Positions 16,380 to 24,251 of a DNA stretch of 32,000 bases are shown here, piece by piece. A model generated the notes under the pieces. The model saw nothing but the letters and a program-made list of their open reading frames with translations, did no database searches and had not been told where the DNA came from. The translations under genes were made by a program, and so were the position numbers. The DNA is taken from NCBI GenBank assembly GCA_028713935.1, contig JAQTNI010000003.1, positions 1-32,000 of the forward strand, written 5' to 3'. Every line of letters begins with the position of its first letter. The stretch's first letter is position 1. The DNA comes from Candidatus Iainarchaeum sp. Its GTDB lineage: Archaea > Iainarchaeota > Iainarchaeia > Iainarchaeales > GCA-2688035.

Positions 16380-16494
16380 AACTAGTGCGCGACTTGTTTC
16401 CATGCTAAAGCGTGGTTTGCTATCGCAGATTTATCGCGCTGGATTTAACAATATCCTTATTAATGAATTAAATCTAATTTTATCTGGTTTTTTT

Positions 16495-17106
16495 ATGGAA
16501 GAGAAGGGAAAGAAGAACAGGAAGGCCTGGAAGAAGTTTGGGTTTCCAGAGGTTTATCTGGAAGGGTTGAAAGAAGAGAAAAAAGAGCTTCTTAAAATGG
16601 CTGAAATAAGCATCTGGATAGATGTTTATGATGACTTGTTCTCGGATTTTGACCCAAGGCCTTACTCGCAGAGGGCATTGTCTGACGATTTTTTGAGGGA
16701 AGCAAAAAAAGCAAGCGAAGACAAGAGCACAGGCACAATAGAACTAAGGTTTTTAGTGCCTGCAGAACAAAGAAATTTTGCAGAAGAAAAACTAATCAAA
16801 AAAAGGCTTTTAACACATTTTCAGAAACACGCCTCACTTTTGGGAAAAGCAATAGCAAATCATAGAAAAAAAGGCATAATACTGGCAGGGCTGGGTTTTT
16901 CCTTAATGGTGCTGGCAGCATACATAGCTGCAAATGACCTGAAAGACATTCTGCAAAGCATACTAATGGTTTTTTTAGAACCCTCAGGATGGTTCATAAC
17001 CTGGGTGGGATTAGAAAAAATAGTTTACACTGCAGGGCAAAAAAAAGCGGATTTTGAGTTTTACAAGAGAATGGCAAAAAGCAGGATAATCTTCACATCC
17101 TATTAA
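16495..17106 (+). CDS. Hypothetical protein with two C-terminal TM helices
   Basis: ATG at 16495. Contains DVYDDLFSDFDPRPYSQRALSDDFL and the helices GIILAGLGFSLMVLAAYIAA and ILMVFLEPSGWFITWVGL. The longer track ORF from 16279 overlaps the GT2 gene and is unlikely. Confidence 0.5.
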   Translation: MEEKGKKNRKAWKKFGFPEVYLEGLKEEKKELLKMAEISIWIDVYDDLFSDFDPRPYSQRALSDDFLREAKKASEDKSTGTIELRFLVPAEQRNFAEEKLIKKRLLTHFQKHASLLGKAIANHRKKGIILAGLGFSLMVLAAYIAANDLKDILQSILMVFLEPSGWFITWVGLEKIVYTAGQKKADFEFYKRMAKSRIIFTSY

Positions 17107-17211
17107 AAACAAGCAAAAAAACAGAGGTTATGCAAAAAAGATAACAAAAGTTCTCTTTTTTATATCAAAATAATGCAAATGTTTTTATAGAAGATTAGAC
17201 ACCATATATTC

Positions 17212-17375
17212 TATTGTAGAAATCTCTGATTTCTATAATCCAAAAGAACTTAGTCTGGTGAGCCTATCCCAATTCTTGGCCTAAGTTCAACCAACTCTCT
17301 TGTGGAGGTATCCTTCGGGATGCCTTCATCTGATTTCACAAAACCCAATTGAAAGGCAAAAAAAGCTCTTTTTTT
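17212..17375 (+). ncRNA. Candidate structured small RNA (three hairpins plus T7 tract), class unknown
   Basis: Hairpin 17213-17239 has an 11-bp stem. Stem 17246-17253 pairs with 17281-17288 (GAACTTAG/CTAAGTTC) and encloses CCAA-TTC-TTGG. Hairpin 17304-17327 has a 10-bp stem with a UUCG tetraloop. A T7 run lies at 17369-17375. The G-U pairs fit only the plus strand. TATA-like TTTTATAT and TTTTATAG lie upstream. Confidence 0.3.
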
Positions 17376-17473
17376 AACTAATTTGGGTTAATCAGTTATA
17401 TTTAAATACTTCTTGGGTACATAATTATGTAACAACACATTCAGGCGACAGTTTTTGCAAAGGAGTGTTCTCA

Positions 17474-17806
17474 ATGAAAATCAAAATTTTGTTTTTGGCA
17501 ATCGCAGCAATTTTTTTGGCTAGCCAGGTTTCTGCCTATTATTATTGGGGCGGAAGTTATGGCGCCCTGGAATATCCTAACAGCTATTATAATTACACTT
17601 ACAGTGGCGCAAGCTATGGGCCTAGCTACGGATATGATTATTACTACAATTTCACTCCGTATTCAACCTATTCCTATTATTCAAGCTGGCAGCCATATGC
17701 AACATATTATGAGCCTGTATATTACACATACCCTGCTTATTACTCAGGATATGACAAGGAATTTTATTGGAGCGGATTCGGCTTTAATTTTGCCTATCTG
17801 CATTAA
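17474..17806 (+). CDS. Secreted tyrosine-rich low-complexity protein
   Basis: AAGGAG lies 8 nt upstream of ATG 17474. The signal peptide is MKIKILFLAIAAIFLASQVSA. By my count the mature part has 30 Tyr in 88 residues, plus NYT and NFT sequons. Confidence 0.6.
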   Translation: MKIKILFLAIAAIFLASQVSAYYYWGGSYGALEYPNSYYNYTYSGASYGPSYGYDYYYNFTPYSTYSYYSSWQPYATYYEPVYYTYPAYYSGYDKEFYWSGFGFNFAYLH

Positions 17807-17814
17807 ATAATTTG

Positions 17815-17833
17815 GCAGGCAAATTTTGCCTGC
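17815..17833. terminator. Palindromic hairpin between convergent genes (bidirectional terminator candidate)
   Basis: GCAGGCAAA-T-TTTGCCTGC read directly. Flanked by T-rich sequence on both strands. Confidence 0.5.
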
Positions 17834-17851
17834 AATTCACTATTTTTAATC

Positions 17852-18448
17852 TCAGGCTCTTCCGTTCTTTTTTCTTAAATAATAGGCTATTGCAAGCTCG
17901 TCTGACTTCTGAAGAGCTGTTATGAACAATGGCACTAGAATTGATTTTAGGTAATGCAATGGCCTTTTAGGGGAAATTCCGCGCAGTTTTTGTATGTCTT
18001 TTATTTCCAAAAAATCCCTTTCAATTTCAGGCAAAAACCTGAATAACGCGAAAATTGGAAGTGAAACTGCTTCAGGCATTCTTAATTTTTGGAAAAGCCT
18101 TGCAAGCGCAAAGGCATCAGTGGAAAAGGAAAAAAAGCTTGTTGCCATCAGCAAATTGAAAACCCTTATGTTTGAAACAACAATTAATTGAACCAGGTTT
18201 ATTCCCGTACCTTTAAGAAAAAACCAGAAACCAAAATCAGCAAGCAGCAGGAAAGGAATTACTCCAAGAAAGCCTTTGAAAGAATCAAAGCCAGCAATTG
18301 CAAGAAGAAACAGCAAAATAGCAAACAGGGCTAGCTGTGCTTCAATGCTGTTAAGCAGGACAGCGAGGACAAAAAAAAATGCAAATAAAATTATTTTCAG
18401 TAATTCTGGAGCCCCTGAAAAAAGCGATTTGCTTTTGTATTGGAACAT
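17852..18448 (-). CDS. ecfT: ECF transporter transmembrane (T) component, CbiQ/EcfT-like
   Basis: A polytopic membrane protein with the C-terminal coupling segment ALFRFLPEIERDFLEIKDIQKLRG. Last gene of the ECF operon. Confidence 0.7.
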   Translation of the reverse strand: MFQYKSKSLFSGAPELLKIILFAFFFVLAVLLNSIEAQLALFAILLFLLAIAGFDSFKGFLGVIPFLLLADFGFWFFLKGTGINLVQLIVVSNIRVFNLLMATSFFSFSTDAFALARLFQKLRMPEAVSLPIFALFRFLPEIERDFLEIKDIQKLRGISPKRPLHYLKSILVPLFITALQKSDELAIAYYLRKKNGRA

Positions 18449-19569
18449 TCTTCCAGCACCCCCTTTTCAATAATAAAAACCCTGTCACAGTAATCAAGCA
18501 ATTTTTTGTCATGAGTTGAAATTATCATTGAATCACTGCTATTGCTTATGAAGCCGTAAACAACTGCCTTGTTTTCAGAATCAAGCCAGGTTGTTGGCTC
18601 GTCAAGCAAGGCAATTGTGCCTGCTTTTACAGCTGCAATGCTGACAAGTTTTTGCTGGCCCCTGCTGAGCCTGTCAGGAGAGCTTTTCAACAGGTGAGAA
18701 ATTCCAAGCAAGTGCGCATTTGCCTTGTCAAACAACTCTTCTTCAACTGTTTCATTGAAAAACAAATGGGAAGGATTCTGGGGAGCAAAAGAAACCTTTT
18801 CTTTGAGCAATAGTTTTCCTGAAAACTTATTAAGGCGGGCAATTGTTTTCAGCAAAGTTGTTTTGCCTGAACCGTTTCTTCCAATAATTGCAATTTTTTC
18901 GCCTTTGTGAAGAGAAAAACCAGCAGAAAGCACTGTCGGAGCAGAAATTTTAAAATCCGCTTCCAGGACAATTTCTTTTAATGTGTTTTTTTTCTTTTCT
19001 GGCAAAAAAACTTTTTTTGGCTTCTGCAAAAAAAACTTTTTTTCAGCGGAAACAAAATTGTCTTTCTTGTCAAACCAAACAATTGCGCCTCTGCCCGCTT
19101 TTTCAAGCATTTTCCTGAAGCGGCCTGATTCGACAGGGTCCAATAGTTCCAAAGGCTCATCAAGAAGAAGCGCTTCAGGCTTAAGGGCAAGGTTTGCTAT
19201 CAGGTTGAGCTTCTGCTTTTCCCCTTCACTGAACTGAAAAATGTTTCTTTCAAGCAAATGCCCAGCATTAAGCTTTTTTGCAAGCAAAACCCCTTTTTCT
19301 CCAAGCTCTTCTTTCGCTGAAATCGCAAAAAACTGGTTTGAAGGATTCTGCATTATCAAGGAGGCCTTTGCAGGCAATTTGTATTTTCCTGAAATTTGTG
19401 CAGGAACAAAATCAGGAATAACTCCTGCCAGAAAAAAAGCCAGGCTTGTTTTTCCTGTTCCATTGGCACCTATTATTGCAATCTTTTCATTGGAGCCAAT
19501 CTGCAAATTCAGGCCTTGAATTATTTTTTTGGCTTTAAACGCAAGTGAAAAATTTTCCAGCTTAATCAT
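18397..19569 (-). CDS. ecfA: Fused double ABC ATPase (EcfA-EcfA'-like), compact
   Basis: NBD1 has GANGTGKTS, FSEGEKQKL and LLLDEP. NBD2 has GRNGSGKTT, LSRGQQKL, ALLDEPT and the H-loop ISTHD. NBD1 has no H-loop histidine at the corresponding position (IVWFDKKD). Confidence 0.85.
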   Translation of the reverse strand: MIKLENFSLAFKAKKIIQGLNLQIGSNEKIAIIGANGTGKTSLAFFLAGVIPDFVPAQISGKYKLPAKASLIMQNPSNQFFAISAKEELGEKGVLLAKKLNAGHLLERNIFQFSEGEKQKLNLIANLALKPEALLLDEPLELLDPVESGRFRKMLEKAGRGAIVWFDKKDNFVSAEKKFFLQKPKKVFLPEKKKNTLKEIVLEADFKISAPTVLSAGFSLHKGEKIAIIGRNGSGKTTLLKTIARLNKFSGKLLLKEKVSFAPQNPSHLFFNETVEEELFDKANAHLLGISHLLKSSPDRLSRGQQKLVSIAAVKAGTIALLDEPTTWLDSENKAVVYGFISNSSDSMIISTHDKKLLDYCDRVFIIEKGVLEECSNTKANRFFQGLQNY

Positions 19570-20098
19570 CCAATCTGGCCTTCAGGCGTGTTGAAAAAAC
19601 AAGGAAATAGGCAATCCAAAAATCCATTGCAGCAAGAATAATGTTTGGCACAATAAACAATTCCACTGGAAATTTTTGCAAGGCAATTTCAGTCGGAATG
19701 CCAAAAAAAACAGGTATTGCCCAGTAATAATTGAACAAAACCATTATTGCAGGCCTTGCAGCAAGGCACAAAACAAAGGCAGCAACCATTGCTTTTTTTC
19801 CAAAACCGAATTTTTTGCCAATAATGCCGACAATCAGGACCATTACAATTGTTGCTGCAAATTTCATTATTGCGCCGACAATGCCGGTTGGGGCAAAAAT
19901 TGCTATTCCGATTGCGGAAACAAGGCTTGTCAATAATCCCCCTGAAAGGCCGAGAATAAAAGTGCCTGCAAGCCATGGCACACCAACAACATCAATGTCG
20001 ATTACCCCTCCATACGAATAGGAAATTTTCCAGATCTGGAGTATGACACTGATTGCAGCCAGTATTGCTGCCGCAAAAATAATCCTGTACCTGTGCAT
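19562..20098 (-). CDS. ECF transporter substrate-binding (S) component; substrate unknown, riboflavin suspected from context
   Basis: About 178 aa with 5-6 TM helices, from ATG 20098. An 8-nt overlap with the ATPase start. In the same operon as ribL. Confidence 0.6.
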   Translation of the reverse strand: MHRYRIIFAAAILAAISVILQIWKISYSYGGVIDIDVVGVPWLAGTFILGLSGGLLTSLVSAIGIAIFAPTGIVGAIMKFAATIVMVLIVGIIGKKFGFGKKAMVAAFVLCLAARPAIMVLFNYYWAIPVFFGIPTEIALQKFPVELFIVPNIILAAMDFWIAYFLVFSTRLKARLDD

Positions 20099-20171
20099 AT
20101 GAAAAGAATGCCAGGCATTACTTAAAAATGTTTTGCTTAACAAAAAAGAGTAACCAACATAATATTGCTTT

Positions 20172-20594
20172 TTACTTTTGCTTCCTGCGCAGCTCCAATT
20201 CTTCCAGGATTTTGCCAATGCCCCTTATTTCATACGGAGTCCATTGTTTTGTCGGAATATCATAGGCCCTTGCACTTTTTTCAAACCGCCCAAGGAATTC
20301 CTGGACAGCCATTATTTCTCCATAATGGCCTGCAATTGCTTCCAGCGAAGCGAGAGGCAGGTTTTTGATTTCTTCTGGTTTCAAAGCAATTTCAATTATT
20401 TGCTTTCCACCCTTGGTATGCATGACTGCGAAGCCCGGCAAAAATGATGCAAAAGACATTCCCAAAAAAGTTACCCTGGTTTGAGCCAATTCAAAATCAA
20501 GCAATTTTTCTTCCAATTCCATGTGAATTTTAGACTTCTGGCTTGCTCGTTTGGGACGCAGAGTGACTCTTAGATTTTTTAAAAACCTTAACAT
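20172..20594 (-). CDS. Hypothetical protein
   Basis: A 140-aa ORF with ATG at 20594, lying between ribL and the S component. No motif recognised. Confidence 0.45.
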   Translation of the reverse strand: MLRFLKNLRVTLRPKRASQKSKIHMELEEKLLDFELAQTRVTFLGMSFASFLPGFAVMHTKGGKQIIEIALKPEEIKNLPLASLEAIAGHYGEIMAVQEFLGRFEKSARAYDIPTKQWTPYEIRGIGKILEELELRRKQK

Positions 20595-20601
20595 GCCTTA
20601 A

Positions 20602-21018
20602 TCACTTTTCCTTGTTTTGCAGTATTTTGCTTGTCTTGAATTTTTCAGGTTGGAAAGGCTTTATGCGCACAATCATTGGATGCAAGCCGAGCTTTCCAAG
20701 CTCCTGCGCCAGGGAAAACTCGCTTTTCCACTGGTCATAGCCCAAAGCAATTATTTGAGGCCTGTGCTTTTGGATTGTGCTCCAGGAGCGCATTTCCCTA
20801 TCCCCCAAAACAGCTTCATTTACAAAATCAAGTTTTTTTATTTCTTCCAGGCGGGCTTTTTCATTGTGCAAAGGCTTCTTGCCTTTTATAACAACTGAAT
20901 TTTTGTCGCGTGCAACAACAACAATCAAATAATCGCCAAGCTTTTTTGCCTCCTGCAAATAATAAAGGTGCCCTTGGTGGACAATGTCAAAAGTCCCGAA
21001 AGCCATTACCTTGCGCAT
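20602..21018 (-). CDS. ribL: Archaeal FAD synthase RibL (cytidylyltransferase fold)
   Basis: AFGTFDIVHQGHLYYLQEAKKLGDYLIVVVARD carries GTFDxxHxGH. Size and the remaining sequence are colinear with archaeal RibL as I recall it. Confidence 0.8.
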   Translation of the reverse strand: MRKVMAFGTFDIVHQGHLYYLQEAKKLGDYLIVVVARDKNSVVIKGKKPLHNEKARLEEIKKLDFVNEAVLGDREMRSWSTIQKHRPQIIALGYDQWKSEFSLAQELGKLGLHPMIVRIKPFQPEKFKTSKILQNKEK

Positions 21019-21031
21019 AAAAAAAACCAAT

Positions 21032-21643
21032 TTATCTTTTTGACGGGGAAGTGATAATTGAATTCAACAGGCGGATTGCATACTCTGCAGATGCAGCCCT
21101 TTCAAAAGAGTTCCTGTCAAACAATTTTCTGTTAAACTTAAGCACAGCAATAATCTCAGGCCTAAAGTAAGATGGATCTTCAGCAAGAGCGCTTTCAAGT
21201 ATTTTTTTCCATTTGTTTAATTCAGTTCTAAGTTTCTCGGAATCAGCCAAACCGCGATGCCTTGCTCTTAACTCAATTAAAATAAAGTTTTTTAATTCTC
21301 TTCCAAGAGCAGTTCTAAGAAATTCGTCAATTATCTTTTTTCTTTGCAATCTTGCTTTTATGTTTACAGGCTGACCAGGTGTGGAGCTCGCATAAAACCT
21401 GCCTTGAAAAGCCAAAAGCCTTCGCGCTGGCTTGCCCTTAAGCGAACCAGTCAGAAAACCAGCCCTGTCAAATTTTAAGCCTGTTGCCTTTGATTTTCTT
21501 CTTTCCGCCCTGGCTTCTGCAGAGCGCTGGGCAAAGCTTGCGCTCTTCCTCTTTGCAACTACAGTTGTCCTTTCTGGAGATCTTTTTTGGCCTGGGGTTT
21601 TTCTTTCTGCCTGCGGTTGTTTTCTTGGTGCAAAAGGCTTCAT
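21032..21643 (-). CDS. Basic hypothetical protein (Lys/Arg-rich disordered N-terminus plus helical C-terminal domain)
   Basis: ATG at 21643. The N-terminus reads MKPFAPRKQPQAERKTPGQKRSPERTTVVAKRKSASFAQRSAEARAERRKSK. First gene of the ribL-ECF operon. Confidence 0.5.
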   Translation of the reverse strand: MKPFAPRKQPQAERKTPGQKRSPERTTVVAKRKSASFAQRSAEARAERRKSKATGLKFDRAGFLTGSLKGKPARRLLAFQGRFYASSTPGQPVNIKARLQRKKIIDEFLRTALGRELKNFILIELRARHRGLADSEKLRTELNKWKKILESALAEDPSYFRPEIIAVLKFNRKLFDRNSFERAASAEYAIRLLNSIITSPSKR

Positions 21644-21707
21644 GGCAAACACAAACTCCAATTAAGTATAAATACTTTCACAATATATAATTTAGCTGGT
21701 TATTGGC

Positions 21708-22778
21708 ATGAATACTGAACAAAAGGTTGCGCTTGTAAGGCAGGTTGGCGAGGAAATTATTACTGAACAGGAACTATTTGAATTGTTTGACAAAAAAAAA
21801 CAGCCAGTTGCCTATGACGGGTTTGAGCCGAGCGGAAACATTCACATTGCACAGGGCCTGTTAAGGGCAATTAATGTGAACAAGATGACAAAGGCAGGCT
21901 GCAAATTCAAGATGCTTGCTGCTGACTGGCATGCATTGGCAAACAACAAGTATGGCGGGGACCTTGAAAAAATCCAGGCCTGCGGAGATTATCTTATAGA
22001 AGTGTGGAAAGCAACTGAAATGGATTTTAAGAATGTTGAATTTGTAAGGTCAAGCGGCATTGTAAAAAAAGAGGATTACTGGAAAAAAGTAATGCGGATT
22101 GCAACCAAAATAACAGTGAACAGGGCAGTAAGGTCTTCACAGATAATGGGCAGGAAGGAAAGCGAAACCCAGAATGCTTCACAAATTTTTTATCCCTGCA
22201 TGCAGGCAGCTGATATTTTCCAGTTGAGTGTTGACATAACAGAATTGGGAATGGACCAGAGAAAAGTGAATGTGCTTGCAAGGGAAATAGGGCCTGAACT
22301 GGGTTTCTGGAAGCCTGTTGTTGTGAGCCACCATATGCTGATTGGCTTGTCACAAATTAAGAGCGATGCGCAGGGCATTGAAAGGGCAATTGAATTGAAA
22401 ATGTCAAAATCAATTCCGGATTCCGCTATTTTCATGACTGATTCTGGAGAAGAAGTTGAAAGAAAAATAATGAAGGCTTATTGCCCTGAAAAACAATTGC
22501 AGGAAAACCCGATTATTGAATATTGCAAATTCATTGTTTTTGAAAAAAACAAAAAAATGAAAATTGAGCGGCCTGCAAAATTCGGCGGTGACATTGAAAT
22601 CAATTCTTTTGAAGAGCTTGAAAGGCTTTTTTCCGGCGGGGAACTGCATCCAATGGATTTGAAAAAAAGCCTTGCCTTTTACATCAATGAAATGCTTTTC
22701 CCAGTGAGAAAGCATTTTGAAAAAGGAAAGGCAAAAGAGCTTCTTGAAAAAGTCCAGGGTTTCAAGGTTACAAGGTGA
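21708..22778 (+). CDS. tyrS: Tyrosyl-tRNA synthetase (archaeal type)
   Basis: PSGNIHIAQG (HIGH-like) and the KMSKS motif (LKMSKSIPDS). 356 aa. Confidence 0.92.
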   Translation: MNTEQKVALVRQVGEEIITEQELFELFDKKKQPVAYDGFEPSGNIHIAQGLLRAINVNKMTKAGCKFKMLAADWHALANNKYGGDLEKIQACGDYLIEVWKATEMDFKNVEFVRSSGIVKKEDYWKKVMRIATKITVNRAVRSSQIMGRKESETQNASQIFYPCMQAADIFQLSVDITELGMDQRKVNVLAREIGPELGFWKPVVVSHHMLIGLSQIKSDAQGIERAIELKMSKSIPDSAIFMTDSGEEVERKIMKAYCPEKQLQENPIIEYCKFIVFEKNKKMKIERPAKFGGDIEINSFEELERLFSGGELHPMDLKKSLAFYINEMLFPVRKHFEKGKAKELLEKVQGFKVTR

Positions 22779-22783
22779 AAAAA

Positions 22784-23149
22784 ATGAGGAGGAATGCGTT
22801 AAAATCCATTAAGCCAACCACTTCCCAGGTGAGAAGGCTGCGAACTTCACAAGTTGAAAAAGCACAGAGGGCGTCAGCAGGCATTGGGCCTGGGCTTGCA
22901 CAAAGAGAAAGAGATTTTATAATAAAAGTTAGGGCAACTGCAGCAAGCCTTCAAGGGTGGTTTCCAAAAAAAGTTGCTTCTGGAACACTGGCGCGGCTGA
23001 TAGCCCAAACAATGTATGAAAAACCAAGTGAGCCTGCAGTTTTTGCAATAAAAAGAATAATTGAAACTCCAAAAAAGGAAGACATAGTTCCGCCCCAAGA
23101 AAGGCAAAAAATGCCCCCAAGGCCTGGCTTGAAAAGGAAAAAGAAATGA
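22784..23149 (+). CDS. Small basic protein, paralog 1
   Basis: ATG at 22784, or a GTG at 22775 overlapping the tyrS stop. Basic N-terminus, and C-terminal RIIETP...RPGLKRKKK. Confidence 0.5.
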   Translation: MRRNALKSIKPTTSQVRRLRTSQVEKAQRASAGIGPGLAQRERDFIIKVRATAASLQGWFPKKVASGTLARLIAQTMYEKPSEPAVFAIKRIIETPKKEDIVPPQERQKMPPRPGLKRKKK

Positions 23150-23189
23150 TTGCGTTAAAAAATTATTTTTTTATTCAGGAGGCAAAAAA

Positions 23190-23546
23190 ATGGCGAGGCG
23201 TATCAGCAGAAGCCCTAGTCATAATGATACTTTTGGAGCTAAATTAAGAGTTTCCAGAGTTGCAAGTGCGAATAAGTTACGAATCCGTGATAGGCCGGGA
23301 ATTGAAGAGGCAGAAGCTGCTTTCAGGGAAAGAGTTTGGAACCTGGCAAAGGAAACCCCAAAAAATGCGAAGCTGCACACCAGAGCAGTAATGATAGCAA
23401 ACAGAATTTATGCCCCTGCAAACCCCAGCACTATTGCAATAACGACAATAGAGAGAATACTCCAAACCCCGCTTGCAAGCGCCGAAATAACAAAAGAAAA
23501 ACAAAAATTTGAGGCAAGGCCAAGAATGCCAAAAAAGAAAAAGTAA
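23190..23546 (+). CDS. Small basic protein, paralog 2
   Basis: GGAGG lies upstream of ATG 23190. Colinear with 22784-23149 and ends RILQTP...RPRMPKKKK. Confidence 0.5.
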   Translation: MARRISRSPSHNDTFGAKLRVSRVASANKLRIRDRPGIEEAEAAFRERVWNLAKETPKNAKLHTRAVMIANRIYAPANPSTIAITTIERILQTPLASAEITKEKQKFEARPRMPKKKK

Positions 23547-23605
23547 GAAAATTGCAGTGAAAAAATTTAAATAGCTGGAATTCCTTATAAACTAAGTGAT
23601 TTTGA

Positions 23606-24223
23606 TTGAATCTGAATATTTTCAAGGTAAGCAGTTCTGTTGACGGCAATTTTGAAAAGCCGAACATTGCATTGGCATTGGTTATTGTGATTGTGCCTGC
23701 AATTATTGCGGCAATCGGCTATATTGCGGATGGCCTGAACATTGACTGGGCAGAATTTGCAATCCAGCACATTGTAATGCGGTATGTTTTGTTCTTTGTT
23801 TTGGCTGCAATGATTTTTGCAATAGGAATTGCTTTTCACAGGAAAAGCCGCGAAGGGCTTTTTGCAGGAGTTGTTTCCGCGCTTGGCTTTTTTTATGTTT
23901 TTGCAATAATACTTGCAGTAATTTCACAGCTTGCACAGAGGCTTGTTTTTTCCCCAGCTTTCCTTGCAAAGCTACAGTTGCTTTCGGCTGCAACAACACA
24001 GGAAGCAGCCGCAACAGTCGCATTGCTCATTGCAACAATGCCAAAGGAAATTAATTTTCCGCTTTTTTTTGCATTGATTATAATTGGCCTGATAATTTAT
24101 GTCTGGCAGTATTTTACATTGTACAAAATAATTTCTTTTTCTTCCGGAGAAAGGCCATGGGTGAACATTGCCTGCTGGGCAGTGGTTGTTTTCATATACG
24201 GGCTTATTTCCGCAGCACTATAA
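23606..24223 (+). CDS. Polytopic membrane protein, function unknown
   Basis: About 5 hydrophobic helices. TTG start, so the true start is uncertain. Confidence 0.5.
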   Translation: MNLNIFKVSSSVDGNFEKPNIALALVIVIVPAIIAAIGYIADGLNIDWAEFAIQHIVMRYVLFFVLAAMIFAIGIAFHRKSREGLFAGVVSALGFFYVFAIILAVISQLAQRLVFSPAFLAKLQLLSAATTQEAAATVALLIATMPKEINFPLFFALIIIGLIIYVWQYFTLYKIISFSSGERPWVNIACWAVVVFIYGLISAAL

Positions 24224-24251
24224 AACAGGGGTGGCTTGATTGTCTCTTGAA

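Noticed and set aside
16279-16494. An N-terminal extension of the 16279-17106 track ORF that overlaps the end of the GT2 gene.
   Set aside because: The extension lies in the CpG-rich foreign patch and overlaps the GT2 coding region. The native-looking composition and a clean ATG begin at 16495.
17225-17338. A repeated TCTGATTTC containing CUGA, considered as D/D' boxes of a C/D box sRNA.
   Set aside because: No RUGAUGA C box is present, and the two copies are about 105 nt apart, far beyond archaeal C/D sRNA dimensions.
17559-17810. An alternative-frame 83-codon ORF inside the tyrosine-rich gene.
   Set aside because: It lacks a signal peptide and an SD. The other frame has both AAGGAG spacing and a canonical signal peptide.
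20172-20594. The 140-aa ORF between ribL and the ECF S component, considered as the missing riboflavin kinase.
   Set aside because: It has no resemblance to the archaeal CTP-dependent RibK sequence as I recall it, and no nucleotide-binding motif. I left it as hypothetical.
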